64,000 nucleotides of DNA, from IMG/VR virus record IMGVR_UViG_2848581113_000005, positions 1 to 64,000 of that record. One strand, 5' to 3'. Positions within the stretch are counted from its first letter, which is position 1. Every line of letters starts with the position of its first letter. The notes below the pieces were generated by a model. That model was given only the letters and a program-made list of their open reading frames with translations. It was not told where the DNA came from and ran no database searches. This document shows positions 28,689 to 38,343 of this stretch, piece after piece. The position numbers were made by a program, and so were the translations under genes. This stretch comes from a virus (Duplodnaviria; Caudoviricetes).

Positions 28689-29300
28689 ATGACTCTTGCT
28701 GATAGATTGAAAGAAGCCATGGCAGATAAAGGGCTTACCCAATCCGCTCTTGCAGAAAAAGCCGGCATGGCTCAATCCATGATATGGAAATTACTCTCAG
28801 GAAAAGCAGCCAAAACAGGTAAGCTCGTTGATTTGGCAAAGGCGCTTGGCGTACGCCCGGAATGGCTCAGTGATGGCAGCGGTAGTAAATATCAAACGGG
28901 TGAGGCTGATTTTGCTGTCATGCATGACAACCGTTATGTACCTATAAAAATTTATGAGGAAGAACAAGAAACCCATGAATCATTCATGGTTCCTGCCCTT
29001 TCTGAACTGCAAACCCATTTTGATTCATGCCGGGCTTATCGTATCACCCAGAATACAGGCTGCGCTGAAGCGCCGGAAGGGACTTTAATCATTGTTGATA
29101 AAGATGAAGAAACTGCCAATGATGATTTAGTCTATGCGCGTATAGGCGATCATTATTCGGTTTATCGTTATAAGCAAGGTGGCTCAGTCAGCTTTTTGTC
29201 TGTTGACGACACGCGCATACCCTTGATAACCCTTTCACCTGGCATTGACATAATTGGTGTTATTGTTTATTTATTTCGTGACATGAAACGGAGACGATAA
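28689..29300 (+). CDS. CI-like repressor (XRE HTH + degenerate S24-like C-terminal domain)
   Basis: TLADRLKEAM...TQSALAEKAG...LGVRPEWL; GAGG RBS. Confidence 0.87.
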   Translation: MTLADRLKEAMADKGLTQSALAEKAGMAQSMIWKLLSGKAAKTGKLVDLAKALGVRPEWLSDGSGSKYQTGEADFAVMHDNRYVPIKIYEEEQETHESFMVPALSELQTHFDSCRAYRITQNTGCAEAPEGTLIIVDKDEETANDDLVYARIGDHYSVYRYKQGGSVSFLSVDDTRIPLITLSPGIDIIGVIVYLFRDMKRRR

Positions 29301-29508
29301 TTCTCTCATTCCATATCAACCTTTCACGCATAACCTCCCGGTTTCACTCGAAATACGCCCAAATCTTTCCTCCCTTTACGCCAAGACACTGTTTTTTAAC
29401 ACAGCGTCTTGGGTGTTACTTGACTCATTGCAATTATCAATTCATGAAACAATTTCAATCCTATAAAATTATTTAATATCAATGAGATAATTAAATAAAA
29501 CCAATTTT

Positions 29509-29589
29509 TATCACTATAGGTATGGATTTAACAGAACTTAGGTGATAATGTTAGTCTCATCAAAGTGATAGGAATAATCACCAAAAGAT
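29509..29589. promoter_or_regulatory. OL-like operator cluster
   Basis: TATCACTATAG (29509, same as 28308), GGTGATA, AGTGATA, AATCACC. Confidence 0.62.
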
Positions 29590-29604
29590 TAATAGCGAGG
29601 ATTT

Positions 29605-30024
29605 ATGAGTACCTTTATTTCTGGCACTACCGAGAAACCGACTACAAAACAAAAAAACGCCATAAGCATTAAATATATTATTGCAAATATCGCACAAGCA
29701 GACGTTTTGCACTCAGGAACAACACAGATCCCCTTTTTGGCAGACCCGCGTTTGAATTCATATAATAAGTACAAACACCGGAATAACTGCATGGATACAA
29801 AAAATAAAAAGGAATTCAAATATCATATACTGACGACCTATCTGGCCAGCCAAAAACAGACAAAGCCGGCTCCTTGCTATAAATTAGAAACTATCATCGA
29901 TTACGGTTATGCGCTCTATAAGCGGAGAGGACGGTATATGTATTTAATTGATATCATCCCTATTATTAAAACAAAAAATAAAACACCATTGGCAATAAAA
30001 AACCGTTACACAACAAACCAATAA
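29605..30024 (+). CDS. Hypothetical early protein (doubtful or degenerate)
   Basis: GAGG RBS and ATG; very AT-rich with no recognisable motif. Confidence 0.3.
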   Translation: MSTFISGTTEKPTTKQKNAISIKYIIANIAQADVLHSGTTQIPFLADPRLNSYNKYKHRNNCMDTKNKKEFKYHILTTYLASQKQTKPAPCYKLETIIDYGYALYKRRGRYMYLIDIIPIIKTKNKTPLAIKNRYTTNQ

Positions 30025-30356
30025 AATAAAAAATATAATTTTTATAAGTATAGAAACTTAATTACAGTGACTGCACTGGGGAATATTTCGATATAAATTT
30101 AGACCGGTTACACATAAGAAGAGAATATGAAATATATATTATATGAGAACTACAAAGCTGGAATAATTTTTCATACTGATATGATGAACGAGAACCTGAT
30201 GTGGTGATCTACAACTAAAGATTAAAAAAACTCAAATGGTATTCCTCAGCACTGGACCGGAATACATCATTTTTGTGTGACGGATGTGAAGGTAACCACT
30301 GAAAAAGTTGTCAGGGTGGCTTTGGCAAGCAATTATCAGAAAGGAAGTAGTAAGTC

Positions 30357-30539
30357 ATGGCAACGAGATACATTAGTCTTAAAGAAATGTGCAAATTGGT
30401 AGGGAAGAGCCATCCTACTTTGTGGCGGATGTGGGCAAAGAGAAACGAATTTCCAAAACCATCAAAGACAGAAAGCGGAATTTTTTTGGGCTGGCCTGAA
30501 GAAGTTTATGAAAAGTGGGTTAAAGAGAAAAATCCTTAA
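30357..30539 (+). CDS. AlpA-family excisionase/recombination directionality factor
   Basis: ISLKEMCKLVGKSHPTLWRM...FPKP...GW; adjacent to att. Confidence 0.85.
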   Translation: MATRYISLKEMCKLVGKSHPTLWRMWAKRNEFPKPSKTESGIFLGWPEEVYEKWVKEKNP

Positions 30540-30588
30540 GACACCCATTAGAACACCTGCACTTCCTGCAGTATCTAGAAAAAATTGA

Positions 30589-30601
30589 TAAGTTATTGAT
30601 T
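30589..30601 (-). promoter_or_regulatory. IHF-binding site next to att
   Basis: AATCAATAACTTA matches WATCAANNNNTTR. Confidence 0.7.
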
Positions 30602-30605
30602 TTAA

Positions 30606-30650
30606 TGGTACGCCCTACAGGATTCGAACCTGTGACCTACGGCTTAGAAG
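30606..30650 (-). other. att core: duplicated 3' half of tRNA-Arg(UCU)
   Basis: CTTCTAAGCCGTAGGTCACAGGTTCGAATCCTGTAGGGCGTACCA contains the anticodon loop, T arm and CCA; the 5' half is absent. Confidence 0.9.
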
Positions 30651-30711
30651 AAAGTAGGTTGTTAAATATCATATTGAAATATAAAGATTTACCTTTGCTC
30701 GCATCGTATTT

Positions 30712-30784
30712 TGTGTCGTTAATTGTCTAATAATGATTTTGGTTGTTGTTCATGTGTCGTTAGTAGAGACACAAAAACGACACA
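30712..30784. repeat. Integrase arm-type repeats
   Basis: TGTGTCGTT at 30712 and 30753; inverted copy AACGACACA at 30776. Confidence 0.62.
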
Positions 30785-30830
30785 GTACCTTGTGCATTAG
30801 ATGTGTATGCTTTGCCCTTGTTCCACCAGC

Positions 30831-32093
30831 TTACTCCCCAATCTTCTCCCTCACATTCCACACCGAATCCTCCGGCATCTGCACACGGACATCCAGACGG
30901 CATCCTTCGGGAATGTCACAGGGTTCACCGTCGGCATAATAGACCCGCTCATCCCCCACGAAGGTTTTTATCTGCCAGTTCTGAAAACGTTCTGGTAAGT
31001 GGCTGTGCTGACGGTGGAAGACCTCTATCGTGATGCTGCCGTCTTTTTCCACCCGGTCATCAAGGTAAATCAGTTCGAGGCCGTTGTTGTTCTTCGGTGA
31101 GGAGATACCGCCGTGTACACCCCATGCTTTATCTGAATTATAGCCGAGGATATTCTCTATCTGATAATGGCCCGGGCCCAGTTTGGTGACCGTGGCCCCT
31201 TCCGATTCGTCGTTGGTGGTAAAGGTGCCGTCGGGGTGGATTTGGATGATGGGGGAGGAGGCTCTGAGAAAACCGTTGCTGTCTTTGGTGGTGTTGCCTG
31301 TATTATAAAAAGATATCCACTTAGTCCACTGACCACCAGATCGAAAACGAGTTGCCATCCTATTACCTTCAATTTGCAGCTGAGCTATTCGCCCGGTGTT
31401 GTCACTACCCCCGTTTCGCGTCATAACCATAATAGGGGCATAATCAGCCCAATAATTATCGGCACCATAGCCACCTGCACCATACCAGCCAGTTGTAACC
31501 AGATTATTCGCATCGGCAACACTCTGTGCTTGTGGATATGCAATTGGATTTGTCCCTACACCATAATCACCCAGTTTTAGAGCATCCGCTAAACCAAGGT
31601 TTTTCACAAACTCCTGTTTATTGGGAATATCTGCGCCGTTCTGGGATTTCGTTAATTTCCCCTCAACTGACTGATTTAAATCATTCATCGCGGCATACAG
31701 CGCCTTAATCGACTGCAACGCCACCGTCTGACCGTTCGGCAGTGTCACGTTGATCACGCCATTCTGCGACATCCATTTATCCATGTTCTGGAGGAACTGG
31801 ACGATATAGCTGTTAATTGCCACCATATGCCGCGCCGCATCCGAGACGGTATCGGGAACGGTCGTTTGTATCTGGTAGGTCACATTATTCAGGGTGACGG
31901 GGACCTTATCGGCCAAAACCAATTCCGTATCAGAGTTCACCGCCTGAATCAGGTGCAACAAGTTATCCTTGCCGGACTGGATGACAATAAGTTGTCCCGG
32001 CGCCACCCCGTTGATGTTGGCTTTAAACTGGGTGCCCGTGCCCCGGACAATCGCCGAGCCGGACACAGTGCTAAGAGTGCCTTGTGAATACAT
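30831..32093 (-). CDS. Tail fibre protein
   Basis: N-terminal MYSQGT...GTGTQF, NGADIPNKQEFVKNLGL, C-terminal ASPII...CRLDVRVQMPEDS. Confidence 0.85.
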   Translation of the reverse strand: MYSQGTLSTVSGSAIVRGTGTQFKANINGVAPGQLIVIQSGKDNLLHLIQAVNSDTELVLADKVPVTLNNVTYQIQTTVPDTVSDAARHMVAINSYIVQFLQNMDKWMSQNGVINVTLPNGQTVALQSIKALYAAMNDLNQSVEGKLTKSQNGADIPNKQEFVKNLGLADALKLGDYGVGTNPIAYPQAQSVADANNLVTTGWYGAGGYGADNYWADYAPIMVMTRNGGSDNTGRIAQLQIEGNRMATRFRSGGQWTKWISFYNTGNTTKDSNGFLRASSPIIQIHPDGTFTTNDESEGATVTKLGPGHYQIENILGYNSDKAWGVHGGISSPKNNNGLELIYLDDRVEKDGSITIEVFHRQHSHLPERFQNWQIKTFVGDERVYYADGEPCDIPEGCRLDVRVQMPEDSVWNVREKIGE

Positions 32094-32111
32094 AGGGTTA
32101 TTCCTGATTAT

Positions 32112-32768
32112 TTATGCGAATGGATCGTGGGCGATGAAAATATAGTCAGAAAGGCGAGATTCCATTTCATCTCTATAAGGGTTATAGCCTGCAAAACTAG
32201 ACCAGTACCAAGTTATTTCCAATGTCTTATTTTTGTAATTCATTATTGGATTATATAAATACCATTCAGTTCTTTCTGTTTGTATGGCAACTAACGAAGA
32301 AAGTATTAGGCCTTTCCCTGAAAATGGATACACTGTATTGTAATAATTCTTGCCTGACCTGACATAATTATTGAAACTTCTTATATCTACTAACTCAGTA
32401 ATTTGTAGTGGAAACAATGTTGACGAATAAAACAAATTACCACTTTCATTGTAAATATTTAAACCTGTTCCGTTGGCTTTATCGCTGGGCAATATTCTTC
32501 TGTAGGCGTACACAATACAAGACTCGCTACAGAAAAGCCTCCCTTGATCATAGTTGACCATAGGGTCACACGATACACCGTTTTTGGGTTTGCAGAAGAA
32601 CAGATAATCACTGGCGTTTGGAAGCAGGAGCTTAACATTGGTGACTTCCCTCATTCCATTCCAGAATTGAGCATTATCAGCAGCTTGGAATACCGCTTCT
32701 AAGACCATACACTCCGTATTTGAAACAGCTATCTCTTCACCGTCAAATCTAATGATTCCTCTACTCAC
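32112..32768 (-). CDS. Hypothetical tail-tip protein
   Basis: Between J and the fibre; GLNIYNESGNL motif. Confidence 0.6.
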   Translation of the reverse strand: MSRGIIRFDGEEIAVSNTECMVLEAVFQAADNAQFWNGMREVTNVKLLLPNASDYLFFCKPKNGVSCDPMVNYDQGRLFCSESCIVYAYRRILPSDKANGTGLNIYNESGNLFYSSTLFPLQITELVDIRSFNNYVRSGKNYYNTVYPFSGKGLILSSLVAIQTERTEWYLYNPIMNYKNKTLEITWYWSSFAGYNPYRDEMESRLSDYIFIAHDPFA

Positions 32769-33075
32769 GGTTCACCTTCATAAGAGTGCAGTATGGTTTA
32801 TTGGTCAGTGGAACACTTAGCCACCACTTCACAATTCCATTTTCGATCCTAATATTGGCGGGTGCTTGATATTTATAGCCGTTACCCAACCACCCTATCT
32901 CTAAATTACTTGAACAAATTACCGTTAAATCATTACCATACTTAAGATATTGTTGGGGAATATTCCAACTGGTCATGCCGGATTCAACATAAAAAGATTC
33001 TAAAACGATAGAAGTATTTTGGAGCAGATCGACTGACCTGCCGTAATTATCGTATATTTTAAATTTAACTGACAT
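32761..33075 (-). CDS. Hypothetical tail-tip protein
   Basis: Coupled to the J stop codon. Confidence 0.55.
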   Translation of the reverse strand: MSVKFKIYDNYGRSVDLLQNTSIVLESFYVESGMTSWNIPQQYLKYGNDLTVICSSNLEIGWLGNGYKYQAPANIRIENGIVKWWLSVPLTNKPYCTLMKVNRE

Positions 33076-36000
33076 TATTCAACCACCATTTCTATACGTA
33101 ATTTCCCATTAGTATCGTATAATTTGATTCCGTTTCTGTTTATGCGAATTCCGTTACCGTTTATATCAAACGTATTCCTCTTAGCATCAAGAGTGAATCC
33201 TTGTTGATTGGGAATATAATTACTTGATGTGATGCGCTCTGCGACCCGGGCTTCATTAAACAAAGCCTTATCGATAAACAGGTCCTGAATAAACACCTGC
33301 CCGTTTTTAATCACAAAAACAGGCTCAGATTTCCCATTGGTTGGATTGACCACGGTAAATTGGTTGGCCCTGACAGCAAAATGAGTCTCAATCTGTCCGT
33401 TCTTCACCTCAGTACTAATTGCCAGTCCAGCTTTGTAAAATTGGTCTTTGTACCAAACCCCAGCCCCTATGTCATAAATGGCATACCCGTCACCCTTCGC
33501 ATCAAAAACAGCGGTGGCCTTGGTCTGAACAGCCGCAGCATTCTCACCAACATCAGCCTGCACTTTTTCCATTTTCTCAGCAAGCGCTTTCTGGTCGGTT
33601 ATCTGTGTTGTTTTTACTTCCAGTATTTCCGCCCGCATCTCGCCATTTTCTTTCAGTTGGCGCTGAACCACAGAGCCGATGAGGGAGGCATTTTCCATTA
33701 TGGCCTCGTTGGTAAAATCGAACTGCCCTTCCAGCCGCTTTCCGGCTTCGGTGGTGAGGAACTGGTCCCCTGCCGCCTGCACTATCCAGCGGGTATCCGT
33801 TGACGATTCGCCCCGGACAAAGTCTGTCCACGGGGATGGGTTGCCGGATTTATCCACCAGCCGCGCCCGGAAGTAGAAGGCCACCCCAGCGGCCAATCCC
33901 TGCATTGTGTGCGTGCGCTGGGGATAGGGAATATCCGCCAGCAACATCAGCCCTTCGCCGTCATTGGTCTGGCTGTACTGAATTTCCGTTTTCAGGGTAT
34001 CGTCGGTCTGGGGGGCAAATCCCCAGTCCAGCTGGATACCGAAGAAAATCGGTGTGGTCCTGAAACCCAGTGGAGCGGGCGGGTTGCCTTCCTTGCCCTT
34101 CAGGTGGGTTTCGGTCGCATTGGCCCAGATACTGGAAATTTCCGCTGCATTAATCGCCCGCACCCGTGCCTGATAACGACCGGCGTAGATATTGGGAATT
34201 TCAAAGCCCTGTGTTGAGGTTCGGGGTGCCGATATCCAGTTGCCGTTATCCCGCCGCCACTCTGCTTCATAGGCGATGGCATTTTCCACGGCCTCCCATG
34301 TCACGCGCAGTGTGGTCACCGCTATGCCCTGATGCACACGGCTATCACTGCTGATAGTCACGTTCTTCGGCGGTGACTGAACCCCCGGCGGGATCACCGA
34401 AATGGGGCGTTCATCAATCCGGGTGCCGGTGTCGATATGGGTATATTTGCCGGGGTTGTGCTCCACGGCGGTGATCTCAAATGACACCCCGTCTTCCCCT
34501 TCTTTGATGCCCGTGACCCTGAACTGCTGAAGCGCCAAATCGGACGCATCAATAGACCAGACACTTTCGGCCATCGGTGTTTCTGAATACAGGGCAGTGA
34601 CTGTGACCACGCTCCCGTTAACCGCCTGAATGGTCCGCCCCTGCGCCTTGCCGGACGGCAGGTTCAGAATTAACCGCTCCCCGATTTTCGCCGACGATAC
34701 CCTGTCCAGCGTGATATTGCGTCCATCTACGGCACGGATGCGACCGCCCAATACCCGGCCTGAAAACATCTCATCCACGATACCCAGAATGTAACCGGGC
34801 AGGGGAATTTTTCCCTCCAGCCCCACGGTGAACGTCACCATGCGGTCATACTCGTTGGTCAGCAACACCCATTTACCGCGCCGGATGGCTTCACTCTGGC
34901 GGGTACACCCAATCGCCGTGATATCGGCCTGCCTGACCTGAAAGCGTTTTATCAGCCGGTTATCGAAGACCGGTTCAACCGCATCCTGATAGCCATTTTG
35001 TGGATCGGACCAGCTCACCATGGCCGTGGAATAATGGGTTTTCTCGCTGGCACTGGAATAGTTAAATTTCCCGTCCCGGACATTGGCACGGGTATAGAGA
35101 TAATCCATGTCACGCGGCATATCCGCCAGCGCATTCATGTTATTGTTGGCCCAATAGGTCATGCCCCGGAAAATACCCGCAATATCCCGCAGTACCGTCC
35201 ATGCATCCTCCTGTGACTGGATATAGACATTGCAGGTATGGCGTGGCTCTTTCCCACCCTTGCCATCAGGCACAAGCTGGTCACAATACTGGGCAATGCG
35301 ATACAGGTCCCATTTGGCCAGACTCAGGTTTTCTGCCTTCACACGGGTACCAATGCTGAACCGGTCATTGATCATCAGGTCATACAGTACCCACGCCGGA
35401 TTGTCAGTCCATGCCCATTTAAACACTCCACTCCAGACACCGGCATAAGTGCGGCTATCTGGATTGTAGTTATCCGGTACACGAATGATGCGCATTTTGG
35501 GCTCACAGGCTATCTGCGGGATGTTCCTAAACTGCTTGGCGTCAAACTGGACAAACAACAGGGCGGTTTCGGGGTAGCTCAGTTTGGCGTCGATAATTTC
35601 CGTGATGGATTCAACGACCATCGTATCCTCAATACGGCCTGTGTTTTGTTTGGGGGTCAGACGGCGTACCCGCACCTGCCAGCCAGAATGCGCCTCAGGC
35701 AAATCAATCCGGTGTGAGCGCTCGTATTTGGTCATGGTTTTGCCATCGACTGCCGTTTTCAGGACTGCCTGATACGCGCCGCCATCCGTCGCCACCTCAA
35801 GGGTGTAATCAATGCGATACCCGACCGTGTCCATGTTATCTTGCTGCTTGAGTAATCGCGGCCATGACAGGCGAATGCGTACCGCCGATAGCTGGGTATT
35901 GGTGACCGATTTCACCCACGATTCGATTAACTCCGTACCGACCGTCAAGTCGTTCTCGACCGCCGGCATGCCGGGGATATAATCCTGATGGGGCGTGCCG

Positions 36001-36230
36001 GGACGAAATGCCCATTTCACCCCGTCAAAATTAGCCTGACCATCAGGGCCCATGAGCGGCGTGTTATCGACAAAAATATTGGTGCCGTCCAGCCCGCCCG
36101 CGAATTCGCCTTCTCCCAGCGCAAGCAGGATCTTGGCATAGGAGGTTGATTGCAACGAATCCGGCGATTCGACCGGCGTGCGCGGGTTTTCCTGACCCCC
36201 CTTACTGCCCTGAATACGCTGTTTTTCCAT
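33075..36230 (-). CDS. Tail tip/host-specificity protein J-like (full length)
   Basis: FN3-like segments and C-terminal PVFVIKNGQVFI; ATG at 36230. Confidence 0.92.
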   Translation of the reverse strand: MEKQRIQGSKGGQENPRTPVESPDSLQSTSYAKILLALGEGEFAGGLDGTNIFVDNTPLMGPDGQANFDGVKWAFRPGTPHQDYIPGMPAVENDLTVGTELIESWVKSVTNTQLSAVRIRLSWPRLLKQQDNMDTVGYRIDYTLEVATDGGAYQAVLKTAVDGKTMTKYERSHRIDLPEAHSGWQVRVRRLTPKQNTGRIEDTMVVESITEIIDAKLSYPETALLFVQFDAKQFRNIPQIACEPKMRIIRVPDNYNPDSRTYAGVWSGVFKWAWTDNPAWVLYDLMINDRFSIGTRVKAENLSLAKWDLYRIAQYCDQLVPDGKGGKEPRHTCNVYIQSQEDAWTVLRDIAGIFRGMTYWANNNMNALADMPRDMDYLYTRANVRDGKFNYSSASEKTHYSTAMVSWSDPQNGYQDAVEPVFDNRLIKRFQVRQADITAIGCTRQSEAIRRGKWVLLTNEYDRMVTFTVGLEGKIPLPGYILGIVDEMFSGRVLGGRIRAVDGRNITLDRVSSAKIGERLILNLPSGKAQGRTIQAVNGSVVTVTALYSETPMAESVWSIDASDLALQQFRVTGIKEGEDGVSFEITAVEHNPGKYTHIDTGTRIDERPISVIPPGVQSPPKNVTISSDSRVHQGIAVTTLRVTWEAVENAIAYEAEWRRDNGNWISAPRTSTQGFEIPNIYAGRYQARVRAINAAEISSIWANATETHLKGKEGNPPAPLGFRTTPIFFGIQLDWGFAPQTDDTLKTEIQYSQTNDGEGLMLLADIPYPQRTHTMQGLAAGVAFYFRARLVDKSGNPSPWTDFVRGESSTDTRWIVQAAGDQFLTTEAGKRLEGQFDFTNEAIMENASLIGSVVQRQLKENGEMRAEILEVKTTQITDQKALAEKMEKVQADVGENAAAVQTKATAVFDAKGDGYAIYDIGAGVWYKDQFYKAGLAISTEVKNGQIETHFAVRANQFTVVNPTNGKSEPVFVIKNGQVFIQDLFIDKALFNEARVAERITSSNYIPNQQGFTLDAKRNTFDINGNGIRINRNGIKLYDTNGKLRIEMVVE

Positions 36231-36281
36231 ATTCCACCCACAAAAAAAGTCGCTGCAGCGACCTGATGAACACATTAAGAT

Positions 36282-36857
36282 TTATTGCTGATCTTCCGCA
36301 TAGATGCCGGCTGAGATAATCGCCCCGCCAATACGGCGCTTGCCATAGCCCACCGGCACGGGATTCCCCTGTGCGATGGAGTTGACCGGTCCCCCAAAGG
36401 CATAGGACGGTTTATTGTCCGGATCTTCCCGTCGGGCCAGTCCCCCCGGCATCGGCGACAGCATCTGCACCACGCCCCCCAGCATCATCGACACCCCTGA
36501 CATCACCAGCGGCACCCCGTATGGCGTGGCCCACATAAACGCCCCGGCCACCACCATCACCGCCCCGAGGATAGTCTGAAAAACACCCCCGCGTTTGCTG
36601 CCAATCACCACCGGGGCAATGCGGATGTCGTCCTCACCGGAAAATGCCAGTTCATCCCGGCTGATATTGCGTTTTCCGCTGAACACCGCAAAGGTCAGTC
36701 CACGCTCTTTCGCGGTCAGCAGGAACTTTTCGAAGCCGTCAATTAAGACAGACAGCGCCCGGATGGCTTCCCGGGGAGATGATACGGCCAATTGATACTC
36801 CCGCCCGAAGCGCGCACCGAGTATTCCGTATAACCGTATTATTCGTACTGTTTCCAT
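36282..36857 (-). CDS. Tail assembly protein I-like
   Basis: Closely similar to 4691-5266. Confidence 0.9.
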   Translation of the reverse strand: METVRIIRLYGILGARFGREYQLAVSSPREAIRALSVLIDGFEKFLLTAKERGLTFAVFSGKRNISRDELAFSGEDDIRIAPVVIGSKRGGVFQTILGAVMVVAGAFMWATPYGVPLVMSGVSMMLGGVVQMLSPMPGGLARREDPDNKPSYAFGGPVNSIAQGNPVPVGYGKRRIGGAIISAGIYAEDQQ

Positions 36858-36860
36858 GAT

Positions 36861-37601
36861 TCACTCCAATAAAAAACCTGCCGAAGCAGATTGATGTCGA
36901 TAACGTAAGATTAATCTCGTTCGCTCCTGCCAGTACCCACTGTAAGACACGCGATTGCTAAGCTGCCCATACATATGGTGTAACATTAATCCCTCACCGA
37001 GATAGATCCCGGCATGATTGGGTTCTTTGGCCTGTACCTGCATAATAATCACATCACCGACCTGTAATTCATCACTACACTCAATAAATCCAGCAGTAGC
37101 ATAGTTCTGCATATACAGGTTTTCGCCCCGATTCCACCAGCCATCTGAACGCGCAAAGTCTGGGATATCAATATTGCGTTCCAGCCGATACCAGTCACGG
37201 ACAATGGCATAGCAGTCCCAGATGCCGTGCACGAACGGGCGACCGAGCAAAGGCTTGATGCCTTCGTTGGGCATTAAGGTACGGATATCCCCCTCCGGCC
37301 ACGACACAATCACCCACGGGAGTTGTGACAGGTCGCACTGGGCGATATCCAACTGGCTGGGTTGCGTGGTGGCGTCAGGGTGGCTGTGAACAATGGCAAC
37401 AATCGTTCCGGCATCTTCGGCTCTCGCGTAGTCTTCGGGGTGAAGGCTGAATTGTTCTGTGGGTGAAGGGGCGGTATTGCGGCAGGGAATATAGTGCTGT
37501 TTGCGGCTGTTTTGTATCACCAGACCACAGCATTCATTGGGGTATTCGGCCTGTGCGTGGTCGGTGATATCACTGACAACATTTTTACGTAATATTTTCA
37601 T
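36861..37601 (-). CDS. Tail assembly protein K-like
   Basis: ECCG, HSHPD, DCY, NHAG. Confidence 0.9.
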   Translation of the reverse strand: MKILRKNVVSDITDHAQAEYPNECCGLVIQNSRKQHYIPCRNTAPSPTEQFSLHPEDYARAEDAGTIVAIVHSHPDATTQPSQLDIAQCDLSQLPWVIVSWPEGDIRTLMPNEGIKPLLGRPFVHGIWDCYAIVRDWYRLERNIDIPDFARSDGWWNRGENLYMQNYATAGFIECSDELQVGDVIIMQVQAKEPNHAGIYLGEGLMLHHMYGQLSNRVSYSGYWQERTRLILRYRHQSASAGFLLE

Positions 37602-37602
37602 A

Positions 37603-38343
37603 TCACCGCCTTAGCAGTGCAGAGCCGGGGAAGCCACCAAACGGAAGCTGATTACCTTTTCCAAAACGCACTTCGCATCCCGTAGACAACAACCCAGAAC
37701 ATGCATCTTTCGAAGGATCGTCAGTCGGGTTACCATCTTCATCAAAATACTTTGTTCCCGTGTAGTTGCAGGGAGACTTACGATACAGTCCCCGCATACA
37801 CCATGTGCACAAACTATGAATTTGGCGTGTTGGAATTTTAATACCCTGTAAATCAGCAGGGGAAGACAAGGCAAAATGCACCTCGGTATTGTCTTCATGT
37901 GTCTTACTGTCAATATAGAAAACATCGATTCTTTCCTGCGTGGGATCGGCTTCTGGATTCCCGTCTGGAAAATTACGGGCATCCAGATAATGCGAAAATG
38001 TCATATGAATCGTGACGCGCGCCTGAACTAGGTTCTGATACGCCAGACACATTGCACTAATGGTGCCATCCAAATTGGCGACACTGAGCAGGGGTGAGAC
38101 AGTTCCACCATCACTATTTACCTCCAAACCCTCAGTTCTGACAGGCCACGCTTTATACTCCTTGTCCTGCCACCAAATTGATTTAGCGGGTAAATTATCA
38201 ACATATCCCAGTTCCTTTTCTGTGTAAGGAATAGAGTGATTATGAAAGTACAGCTCTGGCCCACCAAATGCCGAACCATCGACAGCAAATAATAAGACTT
38301 TGTTTCCTGCTTCCAGTTTTTGTACGTCTGACGTTATGCTCAT
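37603..38343 (-). CDS. Minor tail protein L-like
   Basis: Cys cluster and FGGFPG. Confidence 0.9.
   Translation of the reverse strand: MSITSDVQKLEAGNKVLLFAVDGSAFGGPELYFHNHSIPYTEKELGYVDNLPAKSIWWQDKEYKAWPVRTEGLEVNSDGGTVSPLLSVANLDGTISAMCLAYQNLVQARVTIHMTFSHYLDARNFPDGNPEADPTQERIDVFYIDSKTHEDNTEVHFALSSPADLQGIKIPTRQIHSLCTWCMRGLYRKSPCNYTGTKYFDEDGNPTDDPSKDACSGLLSTGCEVRFGKGNQLPFGGFPGSALLRR

Larger units (their letters stand above)
2034..30605 (-). mobile_element. Prophage 1 (HK97/lambda-like siphovirus); left end is unresolved and may include the retron
   Basis: Contiguous xis-cI-cro-replication-Q-lysis-HNH-terminase-portal-capsid-tail gene order. Confidence 0.93.

Noticed and set aside
30606-30650. 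Functional tRNA-Arg gene
   Set aside because: Only the 3' 45 nt are present, with no D arm or 5' acceptor strand, so it is an att duplication.
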